Source: Octopus vulgaris (lineage: Eukaryota). From it: a stretch of DNA of 64,000 nt. Shown piece after piece: positions 35,293-49,318 of this stretch. Made by a program: the position numbers and the translations under genes. How positions within the stretch are numbered: position 1 is the first letter of the stretch; each line of letters opens with the position of its first letter. The notes below the pieces were generated by a model. It had not been told where the DNA came from. It made no database searches and worked only from the letters and a program-made list of their open reading frames with translations. The stretch lies in assembly GCA_951406725.2 (NCBI GenBank), contig OX597814.1:108562001-108626000 (forward strand). Reading direction: 5' to 3'.

Positions 35293-35616
35293 GCTGCCCT
35301 CATGTGGTTACTCAGATTAAAATCATCATCATCATCATTTAACGTCCATTGTCTATGCTGGCATAGGTTGGACAGTTTGACTAGGTCGGCACACTGGAAG
35401 GCTGCACCAAATTCCAGTCTGGTTTGGCATGGTTTTCTATGGTGGGATGCCTTTCCTAATGCCAACCACTCTGAGAGTGTAATGGGTGCTTTTACGTGTC
35501 ACCGACATGGGTGCCATTTGCATGACACCAGTATCTGCCACAGCTGTGATTTTGCTTGATCTGATGGGTTACCTTCTCAAGCACGGCATAATGTCAAAGG
35601 TCTTGGTCATCGCATC

Positions 35617-35830
35617 TGTGAGGCCCAACACTTGAAAGGAGCTCAGCCACCTCACCTCTGCGAGGCCCATTTGAAAGGAACTCAACCACCTTACCTCCAT
35701 GGGGCCCACTCAAAAGGAACTCAGCTACTTCACCTCCATGAGGCCCAACACTTGAAAGGAATTCAGTCACTTTACCTCCATCAGGCCCAACACTCGAAAG
35801 GTACTCAGCCACTTCACCTCTGTGGGGCCT
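35617..35830. repeat. ~39-42 bp minisatellite, about 5 units
   Basis: Units like GAGGCCCAACACTTGAAAGGAACTCAGCCACTTCACCTCCAT. Confidence 0.85.
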
Positions 35831-36778
35831 GACAGTCAAAGGTTGATGTTTTTTTATGTGCCACTAGCACAAGTGCACTTGGCTTGATGGGTCTTCTCAA
35901 GCACAGGATATCACCAAATGTCTCAGTCGTTAGTCGTTGCCTCTGTGAGGCCCAAAGTTTGGAGATCATGCTTCACCACCTCATCCCATGTTTTCCTGGG
36001 TCTACCTCTACCACAGGTGCCCAAAAATTTTGTTGTCAACAAATAAACAAATAACTGCTGATGTGGAAGCCAAATGATCCCAAAACACCTTTGGTGAAAT
36101 ATTTGACCAAGTATATAAGACACATGAACACCAGATGTATTTCAGTTCTTGAGAACAAGACAGTGAAGGGCTGGGAAGTGTTGAAAATGGATTTAAGAAT
36201 TTATTGTTCCAAACCAATTGCAAGAAAGTGAAAAGAAAATAGGAAAAATCTGTAAGAAAAAACAAAAAAAAACTGCAACACAGATATGTCTTTAATTAAA
36301 CACACACACACATATACACATATACATGCAAATACACACACACACATCTTTCACTTTTAACTTTTTCAATCGCTGGACTGCAGCCATGCTGGCCTACCAC
36401 ATTGAAGATGTTACAAGAAGAGGGAGTGGTAGAAAGATGAGATGTTGGAAATGCTTGATGGGACAGAATAGGTCAAGGGGCAGGATGCAGTATGTACAAG
36501 CATGGACAAAATGTTTATAGGACTTTTGGCTGCGATGGATCTGACTCCTCAAGCACATCAAATTGCCAATTGTCTCGGCCGTTTGTCATCTTCTCTATAA
36601 GGCTCAGCATCTTGAGATCAACCTTCATCACTTCACTCCTTAAGTTCCATCCTCTTTAAACAACCCAAACTTCTTTATGAAGCTCTTCTCATCCATTCAC
36701 ATACAAATAGTCTTCTCTCTTGCAGGCTGCATTTGGTCCCTTTTATGCCCAGTTTTTCCTCTCAATACATTTGCACTT

Positions 36779-37054
36779 TAGAAAATTACTATTTTAAATC
36801 TCACATTGAGAAATATTCAGCAACAGTACTTTGGAGTAAAGATTATTTGCCAATATAACATGGCAGTCCTGGTTTAGGACAAATGTAGCTGTAATTTAGC
36901 CCCAGGAAACATTGTCTCCAGCTGGCTATACGACACAATCTGTGTCCTTATATTTTCGAACAAGGGAATCTAGCATGTCTCCTGGGGCTAAATTACAGCA
37001 ACATTCATCCTAAACCAGGACTGCCATGTTATATTGGCAAACAATCTCTACTCC
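36779..37054. mobile_element. Fold-back MITE (family also at 57754-58060 and partially at 58190-58358)
   Basis: TGGAGTAAAGATTATTTGCCAATATAACATGGCAGTCCTGGTTTAGGA...CCCCAGGA arm is inverted at 36979-37054. Confidence 0.75.
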
Positions 37055-38441
37055 ATTTACACTTTGTAGTACATGCACTCTGATATTGCACTCCCAACAA
37101 AGCATACAAGCATCATTCCCCTCTAGTATTCAAGGCTCATGTATCACTACCATGTAGCATTGCTTTTCATAGTCTGTCTTTCACATCGAGAGAGAGAGAG
37201 AGAGAGAGAGCGGGAGGGAGAGAGAGAGGGAGAGAGAGGAGAGAGACAGAGAAAGAAACAGAGAGACCTTTTGTTACCCACTACACTCACGGAGTGGTTG
37301 GCGTTAGGAAGGGCATCCAGCTGTAGAAACATTGCCAGATCAGACTGGAGCCTGGTGCAGCTTCTTGGCTTCCCAGACCCCACTCAAACCATCCAACCCA
37401 TGCTAGCATGGAAAGCGGACGTTAAGCGATGATGATGATGATGATGATGATAAACCAGTCATGGGCAAACTGGGTCCTGCAATCTGTCCATGATTGGTTT
37501 AGCCGAACAAACTGACCCAGTCCCTTTATTTTTGAGTCTGGTACAGACTCCACCACTTGACAACAAGGTTGGTGTGTCTACGTCCCTGTAACTTAGCATT
37601 CCGTCAAAACAAACTGACAGAATAGCTAATAAATAGGTTCCAGTGTTGATTCATTCAGCTAGAATTTATTCAAGTTGGTGCTCCAGCATGGTCGCAGTCA
37701 AATGACTGAAACAATTAAAAGGTAAAACATAAAAGTTGCATGTATTCTTTTATTCTTTTGCTTGTTTCAGTCATTTTGGCTGCAGCCATGCTGGAGCACT
37801 GCCTTTAGTCAAACAAATCGATCTTAGGACTTAATCTTTGTAAACAGACTGTATGCAAAGCAATGCTACATGGTAGTGAGACATGAGCTGTGAATTCTTT
37901 GTAAGCCGACTACTTATTCTATCTGTCACTTTTGCTGAACCGCTAAGTTACGGGGACGTAAACACACCGACATCGGTTGTCAAACGATGGAGGGGGGACA
38001 AGCACAGACCCATACACAAATATATACATACACATATATATCTTTTCTTTTACTTGTTTCAGTCATTTGGCTGCCGCCATGCTGGAGCACCGCCTTTAGT
38101 CGAGGAAATCGACCCCAGGACTTATGCTATCGATCTGTTTTGCCGAACCGCTAAGTTGCAGGGACATAAACACACCAACATCGGTTGTCAAGCAATGTTG
38201 GGGAGTACAAATACAGACACACACACACATATATATATGTATGTATATACATACGACGGGATTCTTTCAGTTTCCATCTACCAAATCCACTCACAAAGCT
38301 TTGGTCGGCCCGAGGCTATAGTAGAAGACACTTGGCCAAAGTGCTATGCAGTGGGACTGAACCCGGATCCATGTGGTTATTATGCAAGCTATTTACCAAG
38401 AAGCCACGCGTAAATGTATGTATGTATGCGTGTGTATATAC

Positions 38442-38510
<69 letters not shown>

Positions 38511-41200
38511 TAAGTGTACGTGTGTATGTATGTATATATGTTTTTATGGATGTGTGTGCGCGTGTGTATATATGCAGAGATATATTTCATCTCGGATGTA
38601 TGTATATATGCGTGCATGTATATATTACACACACTCTTTGTTGTTGTTTTGCACCGGGTGAATTCTAGACGAGCAAACTTAGAATGAGAATAGGCTTCAA
38701 TCGAGTTCATTCCTTTTATTCAGACCACGTCTCTAGAACATTATTTTCCAACCTATCCTTCCCTCTTTCCTAAAGATAGAAGGAAAGAAGACGGTAGTGT
38801 ATGATTTGGCTGCTATTTCTAACAGGCCGAGCAACCCTGTCGACACTCCCTCATTAAGTCTCGTATTTAGCTGCTTTGTTCGCGTAAATAACAATGATTA
38901 ATAATTATATATAAACTATGAACACAGGATAAAATAATTTTTTTTAAAATATAATCTAATATACATTTTAAAAACAATTTATTATGATGATTTTAGTTCA
39001 TACAACTAATTAAGAATAAATATCCGAGGCCGTTTAACTATTTTTTTCCACAAGGAACTCAAGTAATTTTCTGCCATTATTGTGTAAAGGGAGGTAATCA
39101 ATAACCTGAAATGGCGGTGTTGGATAAATATTGCACAAAATATTGATTTCTTTTACTCAAACTTGAAATCTTACCCATTCTTGTGTTTTTAAAGGAGGGG
39201 GGGGATTTTCTATAATCGATATTGTTGACCTCAATATCTTATCTTTTATCTGTTTCAGTCATTAGACTACGGCCATGCTGGGGCACCGCCTCGACAATTT
39301 TAGTAATTATTTTTAAGTTTAGAATTTAATCTATCGGCCTCCTTTGCCGAACCTTTAAATTAGAGAAAGGGAAACAAACCAACACCGGTTGTCAAACGGT
39401 GGTGGGAGACAAACACAAGGACACACACACACACATACATACGAGGTGCTTCTTTCAGTTTCCGCTTGCCAAATCTACTCAGAAGGCTTTAGTTAGCCTA
39501 TGGCCATAGTAGAAGACATTTGCACAAGGTTCCATGTAGTGGGACAGAACCCGGAACCATGTGGTTGGGAAGGAAAACTTCTCAAGCACACAGCCACACC
39601 TTCGCCGAGATAAAGTGTTTCATTCTCTCAAAGAAAAATAAATGTTGACGACTCTGACAGGATTTGAACTTAAAACATTTCAAACCAAATTGCACCATAA
39701 TTATAACTTTTTCTGTGGCGTAAATGAATTATTTGGTAATCTAAAATCTGATGTGGGATAAAGCAAACGGAGAGTTTAGCTGGAATTGTCCGGTAAAAAT
39801 GTACGTGTTGAAACGATCCGCCGAGGGGTGGGGTCTCCATGTGGTTTGTGGGTCTGCTAGAAAAAGTAACTAGGTTCCCCAATAAATTGTACTATACTGT
39901 TAAAAAAAAAAGAAGAACGCATAAGCATAGATACATATCGCTTTAAAAGACGGGGTGATCACGGTTGGTATGCATCTGATCAAAGATCTATTGAATTCAG
40001 CTTGGACTCGGGCTAAACAACAGTACGAAACTATTAACTACTTTTGGTCTGGTACAGAGACGTGTCACTCTGTACTAGACCACAACTATGTTGTCTGAGA
40101 TAAACCAGCACATTAACTGTTTTTGTTCTTCCTGTTTTGGCGTGGAGGCATGAACATCACTAAGTCACGTCATTTTATTCTTTCATCTTCTACAGTTATA
40201 TAAATACTTGAAATATGACTCGAGAGACGTGAGAAAATAATTTCTTGCTTAGACACTGCGTATTATATTTATAAAAGAGCTGGAATAGATTCAGTGACAT
40301 TCATGCCTTCTCGAAAGACATCAACATGACCTCCACTGATGTGGAATGGCTTACAACAGCGAAAGACGGCTGGTGGGTTTTCCTCGCCGACTTAAATTTT
40401 ATAATCGTTAATTAAAAAATAAAACGATGTAAATAAAATAAATACGGCAGATTATTTTAAATAAACCGCCAAGAGTTAAAGTACAACTGCCTTTGTAATT
40501 CAGCTGCATTGGAGTGCACCGCAGTATACAATAATTTCATTATGTACATAACACGTATGTGTATTTTTATTGTCTGGGGAAGACAACACTACATTAAACT
40601 ATAAATCCAAAATCGAAGAAAACACGAATGAAGAAAGAAAGAGGGAAAAAATATGAATTCAACAAAGATTGGTCGCACACTACATAAAAAAAACCCTCAC
40701 TTGTATACGGTGTATACCAAAAATTTTGATTTCAAATTTTGGGGGAGGGGAAACGTTGATTACATCGATTCAGTACTCAACTGGTACTTACCGTATAAGG
40801 AACCTCGCCCCTTTTTTTTTGTCAAAAATTAGGTTAAAAAATATGGGAGTTTCTTATACATGGATAGTATTATAATCCCTTACAAAACTTTTTTTTTTCC
40901 AAATTGTAAGCCCCCAAAATTAGGGGGTTCATTATACACGTTAAAATACGCTATTTTATCGACCGCCTCGGCGGAAAATAACTTATTTCATTAATCACTG
41001 TTGAATAATCGTGACAATAATAGAAATGAATTCTAGGAGTGACTGTGTGGTAAGTAGCTTGCTTACCAACCACATAGTTCCGGGTTCAGTCCCACTGTGT
41101 GGCACCTTGGGCAAGTTTCTTTTACTATAGCCTCGGGCCGACCAAAGCCTTGTGAGTGGATTTGGTAGATAGAAACTGAAAGAAGCACGTCGTATATATG

Positions 41201-41231
<31 letters not shown>

Positions 41232-41517
41232 ATATGGTTGTGTGTCTGTTTGTCCTTCCCAACATCGCTTGACAACCGATGCTGGTGTGTTTACGTCCTC
41301 GTCACTTAGCGGTTCGGCAAAATAGACCGATAAAATAAGTACTAGGCTTACAAAGAATAAGTCTTAGGGTCGATTTGCTCGACTAAAGGCGGTGCTCCAG
41401 CATGGCCGCAGTAAAGTGGTTGAAAAAAGAAAAGAAAAAGAGCTTTATTTTGAGGGATTCGTTTTGGATGTAATGTGTGTGTGTGTTATTATTCCTAAAA
41501 CACATCAATACACGTAC

Positions 41518-43241
41518 ATCAAACGCTCGGTTCGTCAAGGGTGTCCGCTCTCCCCGCTTTTGTACGTGATGGCTCTTGAGCCATTACTGCGAAAACTGAG
41601 CGGCATCCCGAGACAGCCAAGTAATGGAAAATCAGTGTCAGCGTACGCGGATGACATCACCATCATCGTAACCGAAATGGACCACCTATGTAAAGTAGGC
41701 AAGGCCATAGAGGTTTACGAGACGGTGACAGGAGCAAAAGTTAATCGCGAAAAGTCAGTCGGCTTGCAACTCGGCACCTGGAGAGGCAAGTCGATGCCTC
41801 CTGACAGCGTCGTGGGACGTTGGACGGAGGGTCCGATTAAACTGCTAGGGGTCTGGTTCGGTCCAGACCTCCAAATAGAGAAGAATTGGGGCGAGGTAAC
41901 GAGCAAGGTGGCTGCAGTAGCCAAGACCTGGTCTTGGCGGTGGCTATCCCTGAAAGGGAGGGCGGAGGTGGCCAATGTGTTTATCACATCGGTTATCACC
42001 TACCGCCTTTCCGTCGTTCCTTGCCCTGATTCGTGGTTGATCAAGTTGGAAAGACAGCTCTTCTACTTCTTGTGGAAGGGCGGGAAACCACTTGTGAAAC
42101 GCTCTACTTGCTGTCAACAACCGTTAAAGGGTGGGCTAGGGATGCCTTGGCTGATGATGCGCAGACATGCGCTGAGGTTAAGACATCTGTGGCTCTACCT
42201 GGATGGTGAACGGGTGTGGTCTTCGCTAGCAAAACTGATGTTTCCCAAGTTCACTAGTTTCGGTGGATGGGAAACCTGGCTGAATCGTAGATCGAAACTT
42301 GGTACTTGGTACACGGAGTGTCGCAAGGCTCTCCTGCTATTCCGTCGCTCGGGCAACGCCTGCGGTGGGGGTTCCACCACATTCTTCTATAGAGGGTTGG
42401 TAGAGGCGGAATGTGAAGATACCTTGGGGAAACCCTAGGTCTCGACGATAATCAGCTGGCCAGTCTGTTCCGACGTACGTTCAAGCCGAGGACACTGGAC
42501 AACTTCCAGAAGTCTCTGGCATGGCAATGCTACAGAGGAGCTCTACCTGTTCGGGATAAACTCGCAAGGCACGGTGGCCAAGACAGTCCGATATGTCCAA
42601 GATGCGGGCGGGATAGGGAAACCGTCCCGCACGCTATTGTTCATTGTCCGGACGTGTCTGAGGTGTGGGTTTATGCCGAACAGCTGTTGTCAGGTACACG
42701 AAGAGTACAGCTGTCGACTGAGTCGATTACAAAAATTGACCCACCGGATTTCCTCGTGAATGAAGGTAAGTTTCGTTTTCTCGTTGTAGTAGCAATCGCG
42801 AAAGAGGTGATATGGAAGACGAGAATGAAAGGTTTACAGTCAGGCAAGTTCATCTCCGGCCCTGGTTTGATGAATTATTTCATCTTTCACCTGAAAAGGA
42901 AGATAGGGCTGGAGAGAATATGCCTGACTAGGAGAGTGTATGAAGAACGATGGAAGGATGTAGCACGAAAGTTGCGAGTGAAAGATACAACATAAATGTA
43001 ATACCAAGCGCAACCAAAAGTATCAGTGGGGAGGCGGGGCTCGTGGGGTCCGAGCTAAACCCGCACCCACTCCACCCGTAATGTCTTCCGGTCTGTCCCA
43101 TCACTCGATTTCTGTCCATTTATTGTAATTCATGAAAATTTTAAAACCCGATTTATTGTAAAAACCCATTCGTTTGTCTGACCCCATCATCAGATTGTAT
43201 TGTCCCATCTATGTTCGCCCCTTGTGGGTAATAATAAAACA
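41518..43241 (+). mobile_element. 5'-truncated copy of element E with a perfect 16-bp TSD
   Basis: Near-identical to 13353-15076; ACATCAATACACGTAC at 41502-41517 and 43242-43257; one-G deletion near 42427. Confidence 0.95.
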
Positions 43242-43365
43242 ACATCAATACACGTACGTTTATGTATTTGTCAATTTATATATAAAAATAATTTAACAGG
43301 AAACTGATTACTCAATACTTTTTAGTTGAGTACATCTTTTATTTAAGTTTTACAAAGGAAAAGAG

Positions 43366-43453
43366 TTAATGGTGACTTCGAAGTGTTGCCTGCTCGCCTT
43401 CGTTAGGCAATCTGACGAAGGCAAATAAGCCGAAACTTCGAAGTCATTATTAG
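43366..43453 (+). ncRNA. Hammerhead-like motif within an imperfect palindrome (Penelope-type)
   Basis: CUGACGA-A-GGC-AAAUAA-GCC-GAAAC-UUCGAA-GUC at 43412-43445; a degenerate mirror copy on the other strand. Confidence 0.55.
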
Positions 43454-44856
43454 CAGACACTTTCTTCATTTGGTGACTGGTTATTTCAGTATAAACCTGT
43501 TGACATCCAAAGAATATAAACACGCTATTTATAAAATATATACTTTAATCGCTGTCAACTTTGTTCCACAGCTCAAAATTCTTAGATGGTTGAGATTACC
43601 TCCACTTGACTTCGAGAGTTTCTAACATCTGCCGCTAGGTTTTCGTTTTCTCTCTCCCAGTAAGGGAGAAATTTTATCAAGTCGAGATAGTTGCATGATG
43701 TGCATATATGTAAACATTAATGACACATATTGTTGTAGAAATACGTGTCTACAGCTGTCTTCGTATCTCTAAACTATCAAACTGGCACTCCGTCGGTTTC
43801 TATGACGTAGGTTCCAGTTTGTCCGATCAACGAAACAGCCTGCTCCTGGAATTAAAATGAATGGCAGAACACTCTACAGACACGCGTACCCTCTACATAA
43901 TCCTCAGGGATATCCAGTGTAATACAGAGTGAGCTAAGGATGCCCCAAGGGTATTCGGCTCTCGTATGATCGCGATTTCTATTCCCAGGGGCGCGTTGTG
44001 CCCTTGAGTTTTATTTCACATTGCTCCAGTTCACTCAGCTGGCAAAAATGAGTTGTAGCTGTATTTCAAAGGGGCCAGCCTTGTCGCATTCTGTGTCATG
44101 CTGACTCTCCCTGAGGGTATTCGTTTCTGCGGAGTGCTCAGCCACTTACACGTTAATTCCACAAGCAGGCTGTTCCGCTGATCGCATCAACTGGGACCCA
44201 GTTTTTGTTTGAAATAAAGTCTTTTCTTTACTGGCATGTCAGTTTCGAAGAAGTCCCGTGATTCCCTCTCCTCACTTGGAGTTGGTTCCTATCACGACCA
44301 AGTAAGTGTTCTATCATCCCTGGAAGTAAGGGAAAATCCAATATATCAAGAACTTTGTATATTTTGGTTAAGTAGCGGCCATGCTGGGGCTCCGCCTCCG
44401 TCGGTTTAGTACAGGACTTCACAAGCAGGGCTCAGTGAAAACTTTTCGGAATTTCCTGTAATAAGGAACCTTTAAATAAATTTTGATAAAAATTTATTTT
44501 TGAAAACAAAAATATTTATAATAATAAATTATTATATAATCTTAAAATAAATAATCTGTCTTTGTTTCAATTTTTTGTTAAAAGGCGCCAAGGCTTGCCT
44601 GTAAAATATAGGAATCGAATCCGTGATATTTGGAAACTTCTATAACGGCTAAATAATATAAATCTGGTGTGTTATATCGATCTCAATAATTACTTGTGTT
44701 GCAGGAATCGGTAACAAGATCTAAAGCGACACTATTTACAGTCAACACCGGTCTTTAAACAGGTGTAAAGACAAATATGTCTACAAACTATTTAGTGTGA
44801 TATAATAAATATTAAAACTTTTCTATGACTTTATAATAAATATTCACAAGTATTGA

Positions 44857-45627
44857 GGGCGGAGGTAAAGGACATGGACCGCACCCGCTTTTGGTTTTTT
44901 GTTTTGCTTTTTTTTTTCTACAGAAACACTGCGGAGATTCCGAATCTGCAAAAGAAACTGGCATTTCAAAATTTAAATATCCCCCGCCCATTCCCCAATT
45001 TTCCACTTATTTTAGAAATTTTTTTTGCCGAAAAACGTAGAAAAATACGTAGATTATGATTCTGAAAGAAAAATTTCGTAAAATTTCAATTTTTCGAAAA
45101 TAAATAAACACCTCTTCCACTACGTCAGAGCATCTCTGACAGAAAGTGAACATGTGGTTGAGGGATTTTTGGAACTGAGAGGTATGTAAAAATTAGTTTT
45201 TCTTTTGCACGCACACACACGACAGCAAAATGACATTTAAAAAACTTTTTTTCTTGTTTCGTAATTCGTATTTAGAAAGTGGGTCTTCGGTTTGGCTGTT
45301 GTTTCTAGCTTGTCGTACTTTCCGGTTGGAGATACTTTTTTACGCCTGCTTATTTTAGTAGGAGGGGAGGGATTTATTATTTTTTTGTTCTTTGAAAAAT
45401 TGAAATTTTACAAATTTTTTTTTTCAGAATCATAATCTCCGTATTTTTCTACGTATTTCGCCAAAACAAAAAAAAAATCTTTAAAAAAAAAGGGGGGGGG
45501 GGGTAAATTTTGAAATGCCAATTTTTTTGCAGATTCGGAATCTCTGCAGTCGAAAACGTGGGTTTCTGTAGGAAAAAAAAAAAAACTAACCGAAAGTGGG
45601 TGCGATCCATGTCCTTTACCTCCGCCC
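44857..45627. mobile_element. Non-autonomous DNA transposon with ~250-bp TIRs and 9-bp TSD (Mutator- or Merlin-like)
   Basis: GGGCGGAGGTAAAGGACATGGA...TCCATGTCCTTTACCTCCGCCC; flanks AAGTATTGA / AAGTACTGA. Confidence 0.85.
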
Positions 45628-46522
45628 AAGTACTGAATACTTCTGCAAATTATTTATAAATTATTGGACCAAATCGTTAGAAGATGAGACTAATGCAGTG
45701 CAGTTGCATTCTGAATTCAAAATCCCGCTCATGTCGACTCTTCCTCTTATCCCATCGGTTTTGATAAGATAAAGTTTTGACAAGATCCGTCTTGTACTGG
45801 GTCGATTCTTCACTTTCTGAGTGTGGTAGATTGGTAGAATCGATTGAGTATTGGACTAATTGCTTTGCAGTATTTGTTCGGGCTCTTTACTCTGAGTTTG
45901 AGGTCAATTTTGCCTTTCATCTTCCGTGGTCGATAAAAAAGAATAATAATCAAGATTTATCGACCAACCCTTGCCTCTTCAAATTGCTGGCCTTGTGCTA
46001 AAACTAGAAATGATCAAAAGCGGTGGATTTGGCAGAACCGTCACAGCGTCGGACAAAATACCTTGCCGTTTTTCTTCTGACTCTTTACGCTCTGGGTTCA
46101 GATTAACTTTACTTTACAACTTTACAGAATCGCTAAAATAAATTACTATTAAAGTACTAGGGTAGATATAACCGACTAACACCCTCTCCTCACCCGCACT
46201 CATTGTAGGCTTTATGCTGGTCACAAATTATTGTGTGTGTGTGAGAGAGAAAGAGAGTGTGTGTGAGCGAGTGAATTGCGCTATAGTTTGTTGTTTCCCA
46301 TTCATTCGAGGTCAAATTTTGTTATATTTTCCTGTGTAGCATCTATTTATAAAAGTCAAAAGATTTATTTATAAAACTATCGAATATGACGCTCCGTTGT
46401 TGTGAGTAGAGGATGAGTGAAAAGGGAACCACGCCTACTAAATACAGGCTGTTGTCATTTTCGAGTTTAGCTTGCTGGGGCATCGGGCTACCTTTTGCAG
46501 AATACATTAATATATAAAAAGA

Positions 46523-46596
<74 letters not shown>

Positions 46597-46921
46597 AGAT
46601 AGCTATAGCTATAGATGCGTATATAAGTATGCATTTATTGTATAGAGGCAGTTTTTTCACTCTGGATAGCTTCTTGAAGTTATAATATAACACGAAACGA
46701 AAAACAAAACACAAAAAATACAGGTGATTTATCTGTTAATTTGTCAACAATAACATCAAAATAGACGTGCGTATTTTAAAATTCTATGTGCATCTGTATA
46801 TTGTCGGTGTTCTCATTCATCTGTATGTATATATGTGTGTGTTTCTGTGTGCGTGTGTGTGAGTCCTGTGGTATGAGTGTGTCAGGTGCCCGCGCGCTTG
46901 TGTGTATATGAACAAGATCAT

Positions 46922-47209
46922 GGTACTACTTGAGAACAGTGGTCCCGGTGCGCGCACTCGCGTATTCACGCTAGCTAGTCGACTAGTCGATCCTTACTTT
47001 GTGTTATTGTGTGTTATTTACTTTAATTTAAAAATTATTTACTTTGTGTTTTTGTTTACTTTGTTTAAGAAAAATTATTTGTGTAAAAAAATTATTTATT
47101 TTGTGTTTTATTTATTTTGCTACGTAGTCGTTGTAGGATCGACTAGTCACGACTAGCTAGCGCGAGTACACGAGTGCGCGCACCGGGACCACTTTTCTCA
47201 AGCAGTACC
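46922..47209. mobile_element. MITE with GGTAC termini and 9-bp TSD
   Basis: TIR with GGTCCCGGTGCGCGCAC...CTAGTCGATCCT; TSD CAAGATCAT at 46913-46921 and 47210-47218. Confidence 0.85.
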
Positions 47210-47273
47210 CAAGATCATTGTGTGTACACGGCAGGGGGTGGGTGTAAGTATGAGCGGTGTGAGCACATGATGT

Positions 47274-47724
47274 GGGCATTCCCTCGGAGATGGGATAGCT
47301 AAAGGTGAAAATGAAAATCGTTCTGTATGATCTGTTTGTTCGGCAATTTCCGTAAAAAAATATTTCTTTCATATTTTTTCAGCTGAACAGTGAAATACAC
47401 GATCGCACACGTACACACGCACACACGTACTCGTTGTCTTCATGTCCAGGAGCGAATTGAACAGACACACTCAAGCACATACACACACACACACATACAC
47501 ACACACGCAAATACACGTACATCTTTCTTTTATGTTTTCACGAATCGCTTATGTTTATGTATTTTTGGTGTGTGTATGTATATTTTTGTATGTATGGGTG
47601 TGTTTGTGTGTGAGCTGGAAAAAAATATTAAAGAAAAAAAAAATCTTACGGAAATTACGAAAGAAATAGATAAAACAACAATTTTCATTTTCACTTTCGT
47701 GATACCATCTCCGAAGGAATGCCC
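47274..47724. mobile_element. MITE with ~110-bp TIRs and internal (CA)/(TG) tracts; second copy ~48125-48545
   Basis: GGGCATTCCCTCGGAGATGG...CCATCTCCGAAGGAATGCCC. Confidence 0.75.
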
Positions 47725-48900
47725 ATTATGTTTACACGCTAGTATTCCATATTATATGAATTTTTGTGTAGTGTTGCACACTACTTGAATATCTAATGGC
47801 GAGACCTCCGTCCGTCCCGAAGTCCTTCCTATCTCGTAAATGTATATTATAATTTCCTTTCCTCTTTTTAAAGCTTAAAGTCGTATGGTATTTAGTTGTG
47901 TGCCGGAGATTTAAGTATAACAATGACGGACAAACTAATAATTCTCCTTCAGGTATAGGGACGCCCTGTTTGGCCCATTAATCTTGCATAAACAAAATGT
48001 CCAACCACAGATGTGTAAAGACGTGGAATTAAGCCCCTTATTTGAACAAGTAAAGGTTGGTATTAGGAAGGACATCTGGCTATAGAATACAGCCTTATGG
48101 AAAAAGTTGATGTATAAATGAGGGAGTATTTCTTCGGAGATGGTATCACGAAAATGAAAATCATTCTGTTTTATCTATTCGGCAATTTCCATAAATTCCT
48201 TTATTTCTTTTAAAGGGCTTTTTTTCAGCTTACGGACAGCTCACATACAAACACGCACGCACACACACACACACACACACAAATGTATAAACGTAGGTGA
48301 TTCGTGAAATCAAGAAAAAAAATGTATATATATTTGTGCGTATGTGTGAGTGTTACAGTGTGTATTTTCTCAACTCTCTCGTGGTCATGAAAGACAATGT
48401 GTGTGGTGTATATGTGTGTGTGTGTGTGTGAGACTATGTCTTACTGTTCAATCGGAAAATTTTTCGATAAGTATTTTTCACGGAAATTGCCAAACAAATC
48501 GATAAAATAACGATTTTCATTTTCTCTTTCCTCTGAAGGAATGCTTGGTGACAATGGTTGATGATGATAGTGGAGGGAGTGATGACTGATAGTAATGTTA
48601 GTGCTGGTGATGATTAATGATTGATTGGTGATGATGAGTAATGCTAATTGCTAACGATAATTGATTGGCAATGATTGTAGCTGGAGTGATGATTGATGAA
48701 AATGGCGTTGGTGGTGACTGATCGTAAATGACGATCATGTTTGAAGATGATTGATGTAGTGCAATGCTATGAATTTATAAGATGAATATTTTCAACTGAC
48801 TGACGGTAAATTATTCATTCCCTCTGTTTTAGTTTTAAAATTGAATTAATCATTATTCAACAAATCCTGTAGTTTGTAAGCTATTTGTTGTTAAATTTCT

Positions 48901-49139
48901 AGCCAAGAGAAGATGTTTTATTTGTCACATTCTACCAGTATACGAAGTTTAAAAGTGTTTAGTTACAAAGAAATTATTTTTAAAATTTGCGGGTCAAAGT
49001 GAAAAGATCTCAGAATTTTCTCAAGAAAGCCAAGAGAAAAAGATGTTTTATTTGACACATTCTACCAGTATACGAAGTTTAAAAGTGTTTAGTTACAAAT
49101 AAATCATTTTAAAAATCTGTCGGTCAAAGTGAAAAGATC
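48901..49139. repeat. Two imperfect ~110-bp direct repeats
   Basis: AGCCAAGAGAA...GGTCAAAGTGAAAAGATC at 48901-49008 and 49028-49139. Confidence 0.85.
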
Positions 49140-49318
49140 CAACAAATCAAGTTAATAGAGGATACACACACCCCACATTCTCACAAACTGAAATTTTCCT
49201 CTTAGTTGGAGAAAACTTAAACCTAGCGGCAATTGTCAGAAATCCTTAAAGAGAAGGGAGATAATTTGATACAATAGACAATTTCGAATGTCCGTGTTTC
49301 GAATCCAAGGGATAACTT

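Noticed and set aside
35617-35830. CRISPR-like periodic repeat
   Set aside because: No unique spacers, eukaryotic context, embedded in an RTE-related repeat; it is a minisatellite.
41392-41517. Apparent novel N-terminus fused to RT in the 348-aa ORF
   Set aside because: Chance read-through from a SINE tail and flank; the TSD fixes the element start at 41518.
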